A stretch of 40,893 nt of DNA from Minisyncoccota bacterium (GTDB lineage: Bacteria; Patescibacteriota; Minisyncoccia; Phycocordibacterales; GCA-2747955), in the NCBI GenBank assembly GCA_020629435.1, contig JAHDDI010000007.1:1-40893 (forward strand). Reading direction: 5' to 3'. The position numbers were made by a program, and so were the translations under genes. Numbering within the stretch: position 1 is the first letter of the stretch; every line of letters starts with the position of its first letter. Shown here in pieces: positions 17,992-25,818 of this stretch. A model generated the notes under the pieces. The model made no database searches. It was not told the DNA's origin and worked only from the letters and a program-made list of their open reading frames with translations.

Positions 17992-18693
17992 TTATTTTAA
18001 TTCTGCAAGGTATGCATCGATTGATACTTTTAGTGCGTTGTAATCAGGTACTCCAGGAAATGTTTTTCCGTCTTGTGTCTGAATATATACAGTAGGTGTT
18101 CCTTGTACTCCAGCGTCTACTCCTTCTTGGAATGCTGCAGCAACAATTGATTCTGTATCCTGGTTATTGTAGCAGGTATTGAACGCAGTAGCGTCTACGC
18201 CAACTGCAGTTGCTCGTCCTTCTAACAACGAGAGGTCTGTTGAGTCATCAGATGCAAACATGTCATCAATAAAGTCAAAGAATGCATCGTTACCACCTAA
18301 TTTTGCAACACATTCAGCTGCAATGTGTGCCTCGGTTGCAGTGGGGTGCAAAGCTTGTGTATATGGTTCATCTAGAGGAAAGTGTCGGAATACAAATGCA
18401 ACTCGACTGTCTTCTGCGTATACGTCTTTTAGTTGTTGTAATGGACCATCGTGATACCGTTTACAGAATGGACATTCCATATCAGAGTATTCAATTACAA
18501 ATATCTCTGCAGTTGCAGAACCATCAATTCTGTCAGATGCTGGGTCTACTTTTTTTGATTGTATTTCCGCCGGAGCAACTGGCCCAGGATTTACATCAGC
18601 GCTTTTGTTATTTGTACCACTAAGATAAATTGCTCCACCAATTATTGCACCTGCAATAATGATAGAAATTGGAATGATTAGTTTTTCGTTCAT
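17992..18693 (-). CDS. dsbA: DsbA-family thiol-disulfide oxidoreductase, membrane anchored
   Basis: 'EYSDMECPFC', 'FRHFPL', cis-Pro loop 'GVQGTP' and an N-terminal TM helix. Confidence 0.88.
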   Translation of the reverse strand: MNEKLIIPISIIIAGAIIGGAIYLSGTNNKSADVNPGPVAPAEIQSKKVDPASDRIDGSATAEIFVIEYSDMECPFCKRYHDGPLQQLKDVYAEDSRVAFVFRHFPLDEPYTQALHPTATEAHIAAECVAKLGGNDAFFDFIDDMFASDDSTDLSLLEGRATAVGVDATAFNTCYNNQDTESIVAAAFQEGVDAGVQGTPTVYIQTQDGKTFPGVPDYNALKVSIDAYLAELK

Positions 18694-18815
18694 AGGTTGT
18701 TATTACTTAATATCTTTCTATTTTAGAATAGTTATCAGAAAAAACAATATTGATAATATTGGTATATTACTTATAAATTTATAATTACCTCGAATGTGGT
18801 ATACTTTTGCCAATT

Positions 18816-20321
18816 ATGGCGAAAAAACAAAAGACACATATTAATAAAATTGAAAAAAGGGATCCTGTGGTAGCAATCATGGGGCATATCGACCACGGTA
18901 AATCAACACTGCTTGATTATATTCGAAAGGCAAACGTGGTTGATGGTGAAGCAGGGGGAATAACCCAACATGTCTCTGCATACGAAGCAACATACAATGA
19001 TAGGAAAATCACATTCTTGGATACGCCGGGGCACGAGGCTTTTGCTGCAACACGTTCACGTGGTGCCTCGATTGCTGACGTGGCGATACTTGTTGTTGCT
19101 GCAGACGATGGTGTAAAAGAACAAACAAAAGGAGCCTTTGATTTTATTGTAGAATCAAAAATTCCATTTGTTGTTGCTATAAATAAGATTGATAAAAACG
19201 GGGCTAATGTTCAAAATACACTGAACTCTTTGACTGAAAATGGTATTTATGTAGAGGGAATGGGTGGAGATGTCTCGTACACACCTGTCTCTGCTGTATC
19301 GGGAGAAGGAATAGACGATTTATTGGAAACAGTATTGTTGGCCACAGATGTAGAGGAACTAGAGGGGGACAGAAACACACTTGCAACTGGATACATTTTA
19401 GAATCATCCCTGGATCCCAAGAAAGGTATTTCTGCTACGCTAGTTATAAAAAATGGTTCTATGAAAACCGGTCAGTATGTAACGTCAGGTTCAGCTGGTG
19501 CTCCAGTGCGAATTATGGAAGACTTTACGGGTACTCAAATACGAGATGCTAGCTTTTCAAAACCAATTAAAATAATTGGTTTTGATGAGCTTCCAGAAGC
19601 GGGTTCAGACTTTACAGTATTTGAAAATAAAAAAGACGCACAAGCTTTTAATAAAGAAATCGAAAGTCTTGGGGGTCTTAAGGAAAAAGAAATAACAGAT
19701 ACAGATATAAAAAACAAACTTGCCATCCCCTTGGTGATAAAAGCAGACGTACAAGGTTCTGTTGATGCAATAAAACATCAATTGGAAAAAATTAAGAGCC
19801 CAACCGCATACTTCAAAATTCTATCAGAAGGAGTTGGTGAAATATCAGAAGCTGATGTAAAAACTGCAGGAGCAGGAGGCGAAGCGGTGTTTGTTGGTTT
19901 TAATGTGGGAATTTCAAGGTCTGCTAAAGACACAATTGAATTGTTCGATATGACAGCAAATACATACACGATAATCTATGAACTCACTGACTTTTTAGAG
20001 GGATTGTTGGAAGAACGACGCCCACGGGTTAAGACAGAAAAAATCAGTGGTACAGCAAGAATCATCCGTGTCTTTTCATGGTCAAATAAAGGAGGGGTAA
20101 TCGGAGGTAAGGTTAAAGACGGGTTTATTGAAAAATCTGACAAACTAAGAATCATTAGACGTGATCATCAGATTGGTACTGCAACAATCAAGGAGTTACA
20201 ACGAGGTAAACAGTCTGCTGAAAGAATTGAATTAGATGACGAATTTGGAATGATGGTTGAGTCACGTTTTGAAATAGTAGAAGGGGACCAGATTCAAGGA
20301 TTTGTTATTACTGAAGAATAA
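18816..20321 (+). CDS. infB: Translation initiation factor IF-2 (short form)
   Basis: MGHIDHGKSTLLD, EAGGITQH, DTPGHEAF, NKID and KADVQGS. Start taken at ATG 18816. Confidence 0.96.
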   Translation: MAKKQKTHINKIEKRDPVVAIMGHIDHGKSTLLDYIRKANVVDGEAGGITQHVSAYEATYNDRKITFLDTPGHEAFAATRSRGASIADVAILVVAADDGVKEQTKGAFDFIVESKIPFVVAINKIDKNGANVQNTLNSLTENGIYVEGMGGDVSYTPVSAVSGEGIDDLLETVLLATDVEELEGDRNTLATGYILESSLDPKKGISATLVIKNGSMKTGQYVTSGSAGAPVRIMEDFTGTQIRDASFSKPIKIIGFDELPEAGSDFTVFENKKDAQAFNKEIESLGGLKEKEITDTDIKNKLAIPLVIKADVQGSVDAIKHQLEKIKSPTAYFKILSEGVGEISEADVKTAGAGGEAVFVGFNVGISRSAKDTIELFDMTANTYTIIYELTDFLEGLLEERRPRVKTEKISGTARIIRVFSWSNKGGVIGGKVKDGFIEKSDKLRIIRRDHQIGTATIKELQRGKQSAERIELDDEFGMMVESRFEIVEGDQIQGFVITEE

Positions 20322-20322
20322 T

Positions 20323-20643
20323 ATGGCAAGTATTAGGCAACAAAAAGTAGCAGAAGAATTACGTAAAATGGCGGGTGAGTTTATTGCAGCAAATGCAGGA
20401 CGTGGTTCCTTGATTACTCCTACTCGTGTAGACATTTCTCCTGACTTAAAGCGAGCAAGTATATTCTTTACTGTCCTACCGGAAAGCCAAGAGGAAAATG
20501 CTCTCAGTTTTCTTAAAAGAAACAGGTCTGAATTTCGACAGTACTTAAAGAAGATTCATTTCAAGGTACTTCCTTTTGTTGATTTCGAGATTGACTATGG
20601 AGAAAAAAATAGACAAGAGATTGACATGATTTCAATTGAATAA
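20323..20643 (+). CDS. rbfA: Ribosome-binding factor A
   Basis: Follows infB, with 'RVDISPDLKRASIF' and 'LPFVDFEID'. Confidence 0.9.
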   Translation: MASIRQQKVAEELRKMAGEFIAANAGRGSLITPTRVDISPDLKRASIFFTVLPESQEENALSFLKRNRSEFRQYLKKIHFKVLPFVDFEIDYGEKNRQEIDMISIE

Positions 20644-20675
20644 CAAAAAACCGGACTTAAGTCCGGTTTTTTGTT
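20642..20675. terminator. Bidirectional terminator overlapping the stop of the convergent DUF4446 gene
   Basis: Perfect 15-bp stem aacaaaaaaccggac-ttaa-gtccggttttttgtt. Confidence 0.85.
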
Positions 20676-21139
20676 TCGTTCAAGGCTTGTTTTTCTTCAG
20701 GAGAAAGTTCTTGCTCAGATTCCCAGTTAATAATTCTCTTTGCAGATACTCGTGACATTTCTCGACTAAACAAGTGCGTTACAAGAGAACCATTCCCGTA
20801 TGTATCAACCTGTGCCAAAGAAAATGATTGATTCCCACCGACACCACTGTCTCGAAAGGGATTAAATCTGACAAGTGAAGTACGTGGCAATTTCTTTTCA
20901 AGGGATTCTATTTGATTTTTATTGTCCGCTAATTCAGTCTGCACCTGTGTCAGCTGCTGCTGTAAATTATTGATGAGTTCTGAACTGTCTCCGTGTTGGA
21001 TAAGTGGTTTGTTAGGTATCTGACGTCTAGTTTTCATCGCCGAGAGCGCCATCATAAAGGTAAGCGCAAAACCAATCGAAAGTGCTAATATTGTAAATTC
21101 CAGCGTTATGTATTCGCTTACTTGATCTATGTATTTCAT
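20657..21139 (-). CDS. DUF4446-family membrane-anchored protein
   Basis: TM helix, coiled coil, then 'RFNPF...GGNQSFSLA..D..GNG' and 'LSPEEKQAL'. Confidence 0.8.
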   Translation of the reverse strand: MKYIDQVSEYITLEFTILALSIGFALTFMMALSAMKTRRQIPNKPLIQHGDSSELINNLQQQLTQVQTELADNKNQIESLEKKLPRTSLVRFNPFRDSGVGGNQSFSLAQVDTYGNGSLVTHLFSREMSRVSAKRIINWESEQELSPEEKQALNETKNRT

Positions 21140-21144
21140 GTGTA

Positions 21145-21172
21145 AAGTATACCATTTTACAATGGTATACTT
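21145..21172. promoter_or_regulatory. Back-to-back extended -10 promoters forming a 12-bp inverted repeat
   Basis: aagtataccatt-ttac-aatggtatactt. TGgTATACT occurs on each strand, each 6 nt from its ATG. Confidence 0.8.
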
Positions 21173-21177
21173 GTAGT

Positions 21178-22317
21178 ATGTTTAGACGTTTTTTTCCACA
21201 AAAAAGATATTATCTTGATTACGCTGCCAGTACACCCGTCTCCAGAAGTGTCCAGAACTCGATGTGTCCGTATTGGTCAGTGTCTTTTGCAAATCCAAAT
21301 TCTATCCACCATGCGGGTAGAGAGGCAGCGCAGGTTGTCTCTGGTTGTGCACAATCTATAAAACAAGCCACAAATATGACAAAGAAAAGCAAGGTTGTGT
21401 GGACTAGTGGTGGTACTGAGTCAAATCAGTTGGCAGTCATGCATGCAATTAATTCTTGGAAGAGTATCCATGGAGACGTGCCTTTTGCTGTTGTTACTTC
21501 ACACTTAGAGCACACGTCTGTCTTGAAATATCTACAATCTATTCAGGATCCATTAATGACTATTTGTTACGTTGATATTGATCACGAAGGACAAATCAGT
21601 TACGAACATTTGTCGCAATTATTGTCAGAAAAGCCACATATTGCACTGGTCACCATACAGTTACAGTCGAGTGAAATAGGTGTAACTCAAAATATTAAAA
21701 AAATAAGCAAGCTGGTTAATTCTACAAAGGCGCTTTTTCCTAAAATACATGTGGACGCATCGCAGGGTTTACTGTACAAGAAAATTGATATGCAATCGTG
21801 GGGAGCTGACACAGTAACATTATGTGCGCAAAAAATTTATGGCCCGAAGGGTTCAGGAGCACTTTTGTGTACCGAAGGTGTCGATATAAAGAAGCAAGGT
21901 ACTCCCGCAGTGCCGCTAATTGTGGGTACCACACAAGCCTTGATTGATGCCCAGGTAAATACACAGGCGAACGTCGCTAAAATTACAAAAGTGAGGGCCA
22001 TGTTATTGGCAGAAATGAAGAAAAGAGATATTCAGTTTACCTGCAACGGCAATGCTGTAGAGGATTCGTTAATAGTCAATATTTCTTTTACCAAATCAGA
22101 AAAAGACAGTGAGCAATTAATTATCGCATGTGACCAAGTAGGCTTGGAATTGTCATCGAAGTCTGCATGTATAGGGTCTCAAAAGTCTGATAGTCGATTA
22201 CTTGAGTCAATGGGAGTCAATGCCATAAACTCTATCAGAATCAGTCTGAGTCATGATTACACAATTCGAGATATTAAGGAAATTACAAAAAGACTAAAAC
22301 AAGTAATTGCAGGCTAG
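21178..22317 (+). CDS. Cysteine desulfurase, class V aminotransferase (IscS/NifS-like)
   Basis: YLDYAASTP, TSGGTESN, EHTSV, HVDASQ, 'QKIYGPKG' (PLP Lys) and 'SSKSAC' (catalytic Cys). Confidence 0.9.
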   Translation: MFRRFFPQKRYYLDYAASTPVSRSVQNSMCPYWSVSFANPNSIHHAGREAAQVVSGCAQSIKQATNMTKKSKVVWTSGGTESNQLAVMHAINSWKSIHGDVPFAVVTSHLEHTSVLKYLQSIQDPLMTICYVDIDHEGQISYEHLSQLLSEKPHIALVTIQLQSSEIGVTQNIKKISKLVNSTKALFPKIHVDASQGLLYKKIDMQSWGADTVTLCAQKIYGPKGSGALLCTEGVDIKKQGTPAVPLIVGTTQALIDAQVNTQANVAKITKVRAMLLAEMKKRDIQFTCNGNAVEDSLIVNISFTKSEKDSEQLIIACDQVGLELSSKSACIGSQKSDSRLLESMGVNAINSIRISLSHDYTIRDIKEITKRLKQVIAG

Positions 22318-22928
22318 TTTCTGTTTTTGAGAGCTTCTTCGATAGTAAGAGGGTCAGAATATTCAAGCTCGCTTCCAACTGACAATCCTCGGGCCAGATG
22401 TGAAATTTTAACCTGTCCTGATTTGGTAACGTCCTGAGTTGCGTCAATTATTGTCTCAGCGGTGTATTCTCCTTCAGGATTAATAGGGAGCCCAATGACA
22501 AGTTCATCTAAGTCAAATCTTGATAATTGTTGTAAGAGTAGCGCAACAGGAAGCGATTCTACCGGATTTTTGTCCGACAATTTAACAGTTCTGCCCAATA
22601 TAAAATATCTACCATCCCATGAACCTGATCGCTCAATATTTTCGAAATCGGCTTGTTTTGCAACTAATAATATTTTGGAATTATCACGACTGTCGTCAAA
22701 ACAGGTGGGGCATGTATGTATGTCAAAATGTGTGATTGATTTAAAAAAAAGTCTGTTGCATGTAGAGCAGTGATATTTATTTGATCGTAATTGTGAAATA
22801 GTGTCGATCAATTGGTCAACATAGTCTTGATTGATTTGCAAAAAGAAAAAGGCAAACCTGCGTGCCTGTCTTGGTCCGATGCCTGGCAATTTTGTTAACA
22901 ATTGTTGAAGAGTGTCTAACTTGTCCAT
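22314..22928 (-). CDS. recR: Recombination mediator RecR
   Basis: LPGIGPRQARR, a C4 zinc finger, 'NPEGEYTA' and 'LARGLSVGSELEYSD'. TGcTATAAT (22935-22943) lies 6 nt from the ATG. Confidence 0.93.
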   Translation of the reverse strand: MDKLDTLQQLLTKLPGIGPRQARRFAFFFLQINQDYVDQLIDTISQLRSNKYHCSTCNRLFFKSITHFDIHTCPTCFDDSRDNSKILLVAKQADFENIERSGSWDGRYFILGRTVKLSDKNPVESLPVALLLQQLSRFDLDELVIGLPINPEGEYTAETIIDATQDVTKSGQVKISHLARGLSVGSELEYSDPLTIEEALKNRN

Positions 22929-22987
22929 GACGGTATTATAGCAAATTATAAAGTATTAATTCGTTGCCGAGAGCTAATAGTACATAA

Positions 22988-24379
22988 CTAGAATTCATCA
23001 TTGTCGTCAGAAACAACTGACGTGAAATCATCTTCGCCGTAATGGGATTGATCCACTTCTTGGAAAGAAGTTTTTTCTGCGTCAAAGAATAGTTCGACAA
23101 CCCCCGTCGACCCATTACGGTGTTTCTCGATTACAAGTTCTGTGTGTGCACCACGACCCGCTGACTCTTCTTCTTGTTTTGGACGGTGAATAAACATAAC
23201 AATGTCAGCATCCTGCTCAATAGAACCAGAGTCACGCAGGTCGGCCAACCTTGGTCGTGCATCGTTTCCTCGGTGTTCGATGTTACGAGATAGCTGTGAT
23301 AGAGCAATCACAGGGATATCTAATTCCTTGGCCAACTGTTTCAGTCCTCGAGAAATTTCAGTTACCTCTTGAACGGGAGAGCTATTGGGTCCGGATTTAA
23401 CAGGTGCCATCAATTGCAAGTAATCGACAACCAAGAGGTCTAGACCATGTTTTCGTTTTAGTTTACGTGCCGCTGATTTCATTCGTAGAACATTGTTATA
23501 CGAATTATCATCAATAAATATTTTTGATTCCGATAGTCTTCCAATCCCGTCTTGCAGTGCTCCGAAATCAACCTCGTCCTTGATAGAACCTGTACGCATT
23601 TTCCAGTAGTCAACCCGAGACTCAGCTGCGAGCATTCTGTCGATTAGTTGGTCCTTTGACATTTCCAGAGAGAAAAATGCAACTGATTTTTTGTGATTAA
23701 CCGCAATTTTTCGAACAAAATCTAATGCCAATGAAGTCTTACCAACGGACGGCCGAGCAGCTAAAATAATTAGATCTGACGGTTGGAATCCTGATAATTT
23801 TGCATCCAAAGATTTGAATCCAGTGGGAGTTCCCCGGAGTTTTGTCCCGCCATCTTGCAATGCCATCAAACGTTCTGATGCTTCTTTGGCTAACGCATTC
23901 ATGTCATGGAATTCAGCCGAACCAATTGACTGAGAAATAGCAAAGATTGTTTTTTCTGCTTGATCGATTGCAACCTCAGTGTCAGCCAGGTCGTCAAATC
24001 CAATACCTGATATTTCTTCTGATGCTCGAATCAATTCTCGTTTGATGTATCGCGAGTGAACTATGCCTGCATAATGTTCGATGTTTGCGGCACTTGGAAC
24101 GGATGCTGCTAGGTGCGCCAAATATACATCACCACCTACTTGCTCTAACTGTTTTTTTGTTTTTAACTTGTCAGACAAGGTCAAAAGATCGATAGGGGAT
24201 GTTTCGTTAAATAAATCCATCATTGCTTCGAATATGTATTTATGTTTTGTATCATAAAATACTTCAGGATTAATGAATTCGATAACTTCGAATAGCGCGT
24301 CTTGTTTAAGTAAAACCGAACCGATTAGGGCTTGTTCAGCTTCGATTGATTGTGGAGGGACACGTAGATTTTCTGTCAT
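22988..24379 (-). CDS. dnaB: Replicative DNA helicase
   Basis: PPQSIEAEQ, AARPSVGKT, FSLEM, DYLQL, ALSQLSR and DLRDSGSIEQDAD. Start taken at ATG 24379. Confidence 0.97.
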   Translation of the reverse strand: MTENLRVPPQSIEAEQALIGSVLLKQDALFEVIEFINPEVFYDTKHKYIFEAMMDLFNETSPIDLLTLSDKLKTKKQLEQVGGDVYLAHLAASVPSAANIEHYAGIVHSRYIKRELIRASEEISGIGFDDLADTEVAIDQAEKTIFAISQSIGSAEFHDMNALAKEASERLMALQDGGTKLRGTPTGFKSLDAKLSGFQPSDLIILAARPSVGKTSLALDFVRKIAVNHKKSVAFFSLEMSKDQLIDRMLAAESRVDYWKMRTGSIKDEVDFGALQDGIGRLSESKIFIDDNSYNNVLRMKSAARKLKRKHGLDLLVVDYLQLMAPVKSGPNSSPVQEVTEISRGLKQLAKELDIPVIALSQLSRNIEHRGNDARPRLADLRDSGSIEQDADIVMFIHRPKQEEESAGRGAHTELVIEKHRNGSTGVVELFFDAEKTSFQEVDQSHYGEDDFTSVVSDDNDEF

Positions 24380-24438
24380 AGTTATGCGATTGTAGCACGG
24401 TAGACTTGTTCGCAATACATGAATTTACAACCAAAATA

Positions 24439-24509
24439 TGTGTGTAAACTGTTGATTGCTCTGTATATGTGTAAAAACTGTGAGTAGGCTGTTTGTAATA
24501 TGTGCCTAT
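24439..24509. promoter_or_regulatory. Array of six same-orientation DnaA-box-like 9-mers
   Basis: TGTGTGTAA (24439), TGTTGATTG (24450), TGTGTAAAA (24468, exact TGTGNAWAA), TGTGAGTAG (24479), TGTTTGTAA (24490) and TGTGCCTAT (24501), with 2-bp spacers within each group. Confidence 0.55.
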
Positions 24510-24535
24510 TTCCATACATTTGTTACAATAGAATC

Positions 24536-25705
24536 ATGAAAAAAATATTTTTTATTTTTGCGAGCCTATTTTTGTGTACTACGTTTGTGTTTGCTCAAAC
24601 AAATCCTGCAGATGAATATCAATTACTGTCAGGTGTACCAGGCCTCAGTGCAATCGACACATCATCCGGTAATTTTAGCGATTTCATAAACACCATCTAC
24701 CGTATGTCGATCGGTTTAGGTGCGGCACTTGCGGTAGTGATTATTCTGTTCGAAGGAATAAGATATTCACTCTCTGATTCGTTTGGTGTTAAAGCACAAC
24801 TAAAAGAAAAGATCATGATGTCCCTGGGTGGTCTTGCGTTATTGATGGGAGCATTTATTTTTTTGCAGTTTATTAATCCGGATTTGACTGATTTAGATAA
24901 CAAAGGTGTTGCATTTTCTAACATCGATAGTTCTGGTCTGGATTTTGAACCATTCAATGTTGTCTCAATTGAAAGCCTTCCTCCAACGTACACGTCACTA
25001 GAGACAAATGTCTGGATTGCGCAAGATGGAACAGGAGGTACGTTTGATACTGAGCAAGAATGTTTGGCAAACGGAGTAAGTTTGGACCCAAGAAGCCCAA
25101 CGAGGTGTCAATATATTCCAAATCCTGACGTTGGTAGTACTTCTGTACCACCTGATCCTAATCAAAATGGAGTTCTAACATTGGCAGCACGAAGCCCCTA
25201 TATGAACTTGACTTTAAATTCGGCAACTATTGCGCAAACCCCAGCCTTGGATGGTTGGCCTGTAAATCCATACAGATCTCCTGTTGATTTTATAGACTGT
25301 AAGGGAAAAAGTTCTGGAACACAGTCAGTTCTGGTAACACAAAGAGCTGTAGCTGCAGATGCATATATTAATTATAATTTAGAGCGATTAGGTCTCCCAT
25401 ATCCGATACCAATTAACTCGGCCTATCGTCATAATCCTGATTGTGATACGACTGGTACACGTGCTAATCACCCATATGGTGCATCGTTTGATTATTCTAT
25501 AAGACCATACAATTCAGACCAAAAACGCATGTTACAGCAGATTGTTTTAGATTCTGGCGCTATGAGAATGGGTTTTGGTGCAAATTTTTACCATGTTCAA
25601 TGGGATGGCAGGGGGAGTGGTCCGAATGTGTACTGGTGTTACAGTAGTAATCCAAATGGTTCGTATGCGCCCATGCCAAGCGGATGGAGAACAGGATCTT
25701 GTTAA
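24536..25705 (+). CDS. VirB2/TrbC-like pilin domain fused to an M15-type Zn peptidase domain
   Basis: Signal peptide, two TM helices ending 'INPDL', a Pro-rich linker, then 'INSAYR...NHPYGASFD...FYHVQ'. TGtTACAAT (24521-24529) lies 6 nt before ATG 24536. Confidence 0.75.
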   Translation: MKKIFFIFASLFLCTTFVFAQTNPADEYQLLSGVPGLSAIDTSSGNFSDFINTIYRMSIGLGAALAVVIILFEGIRYSLSDSFGVKAQLKEKIMMSLGGLALLMGAFIFLQFINPDLTDLDNKGVAFSNIDSSGLDFEPFNVVSIESLPPTYTSLETNVWIAQDGTGGTFDTEQECLANGVSLDPRSPTRCQYIPNPDVGSTSVPPDPNQNGVLTLAARSPYMNLTLNSATIAQTPALDGWPVNPYRSPVDFIDCKGKSSGTQSVLVTQRAVAADAYINYNLERLGLPYPIPINSAYRHNPDCDTTGTRANHPYGASFDYSIRPYNSDQKRMLQQIVLDSGAMRMGFGANFYHVQWDGRGSGPNVYWCYSSNPNGSYAPMPSGWRTGSC

Positions 25706-25717
25706 AAACAAATTATT

Positions 25718-25726
25718 TGTTATAAT
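25718..25726 (+). promoter_or_regulatory. Extended -10 promoter of rpoBC (TGtTATAAT)
   Basis: Consensus match giving a leader of about 85 nt that contains an AU hairpin (25775-25796). Confidence 0.7.
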
Positions 25727-25818
25727 CCCGCGACACAAATTCCGATTTAGTTTTTCCTGTGTAGATTAGTAACTCAAACAATATAATTATTGTTTGTAAT
25801 TTAAATACAAGAGAACAT

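Noticed and set aside
18694..18815. Very AT-rich dsbA-infB intergenic region as a possible origin or unwinding element
   Set aside because: There are no DnaA boxes. Divergent promoters and AU-rich leaders explain it.
2790..20321. C-terminal 'TEE' ends (the 2518-2802 protein and IF2) as substrates of the RimK-like ligase
   Set aside because: There is no linkage, such ends are common in acidic proteins, and one of the two is probably extracytoplasmic.
14952..24535. ORF-track starts at 14952, 18807, 20302, 24415 and 24500 (also 37976)
   Set aside because: These upstream extensions overlap promoter elements or the previous gene. Downstream ATGs fit the protein families and promoter spacing better.
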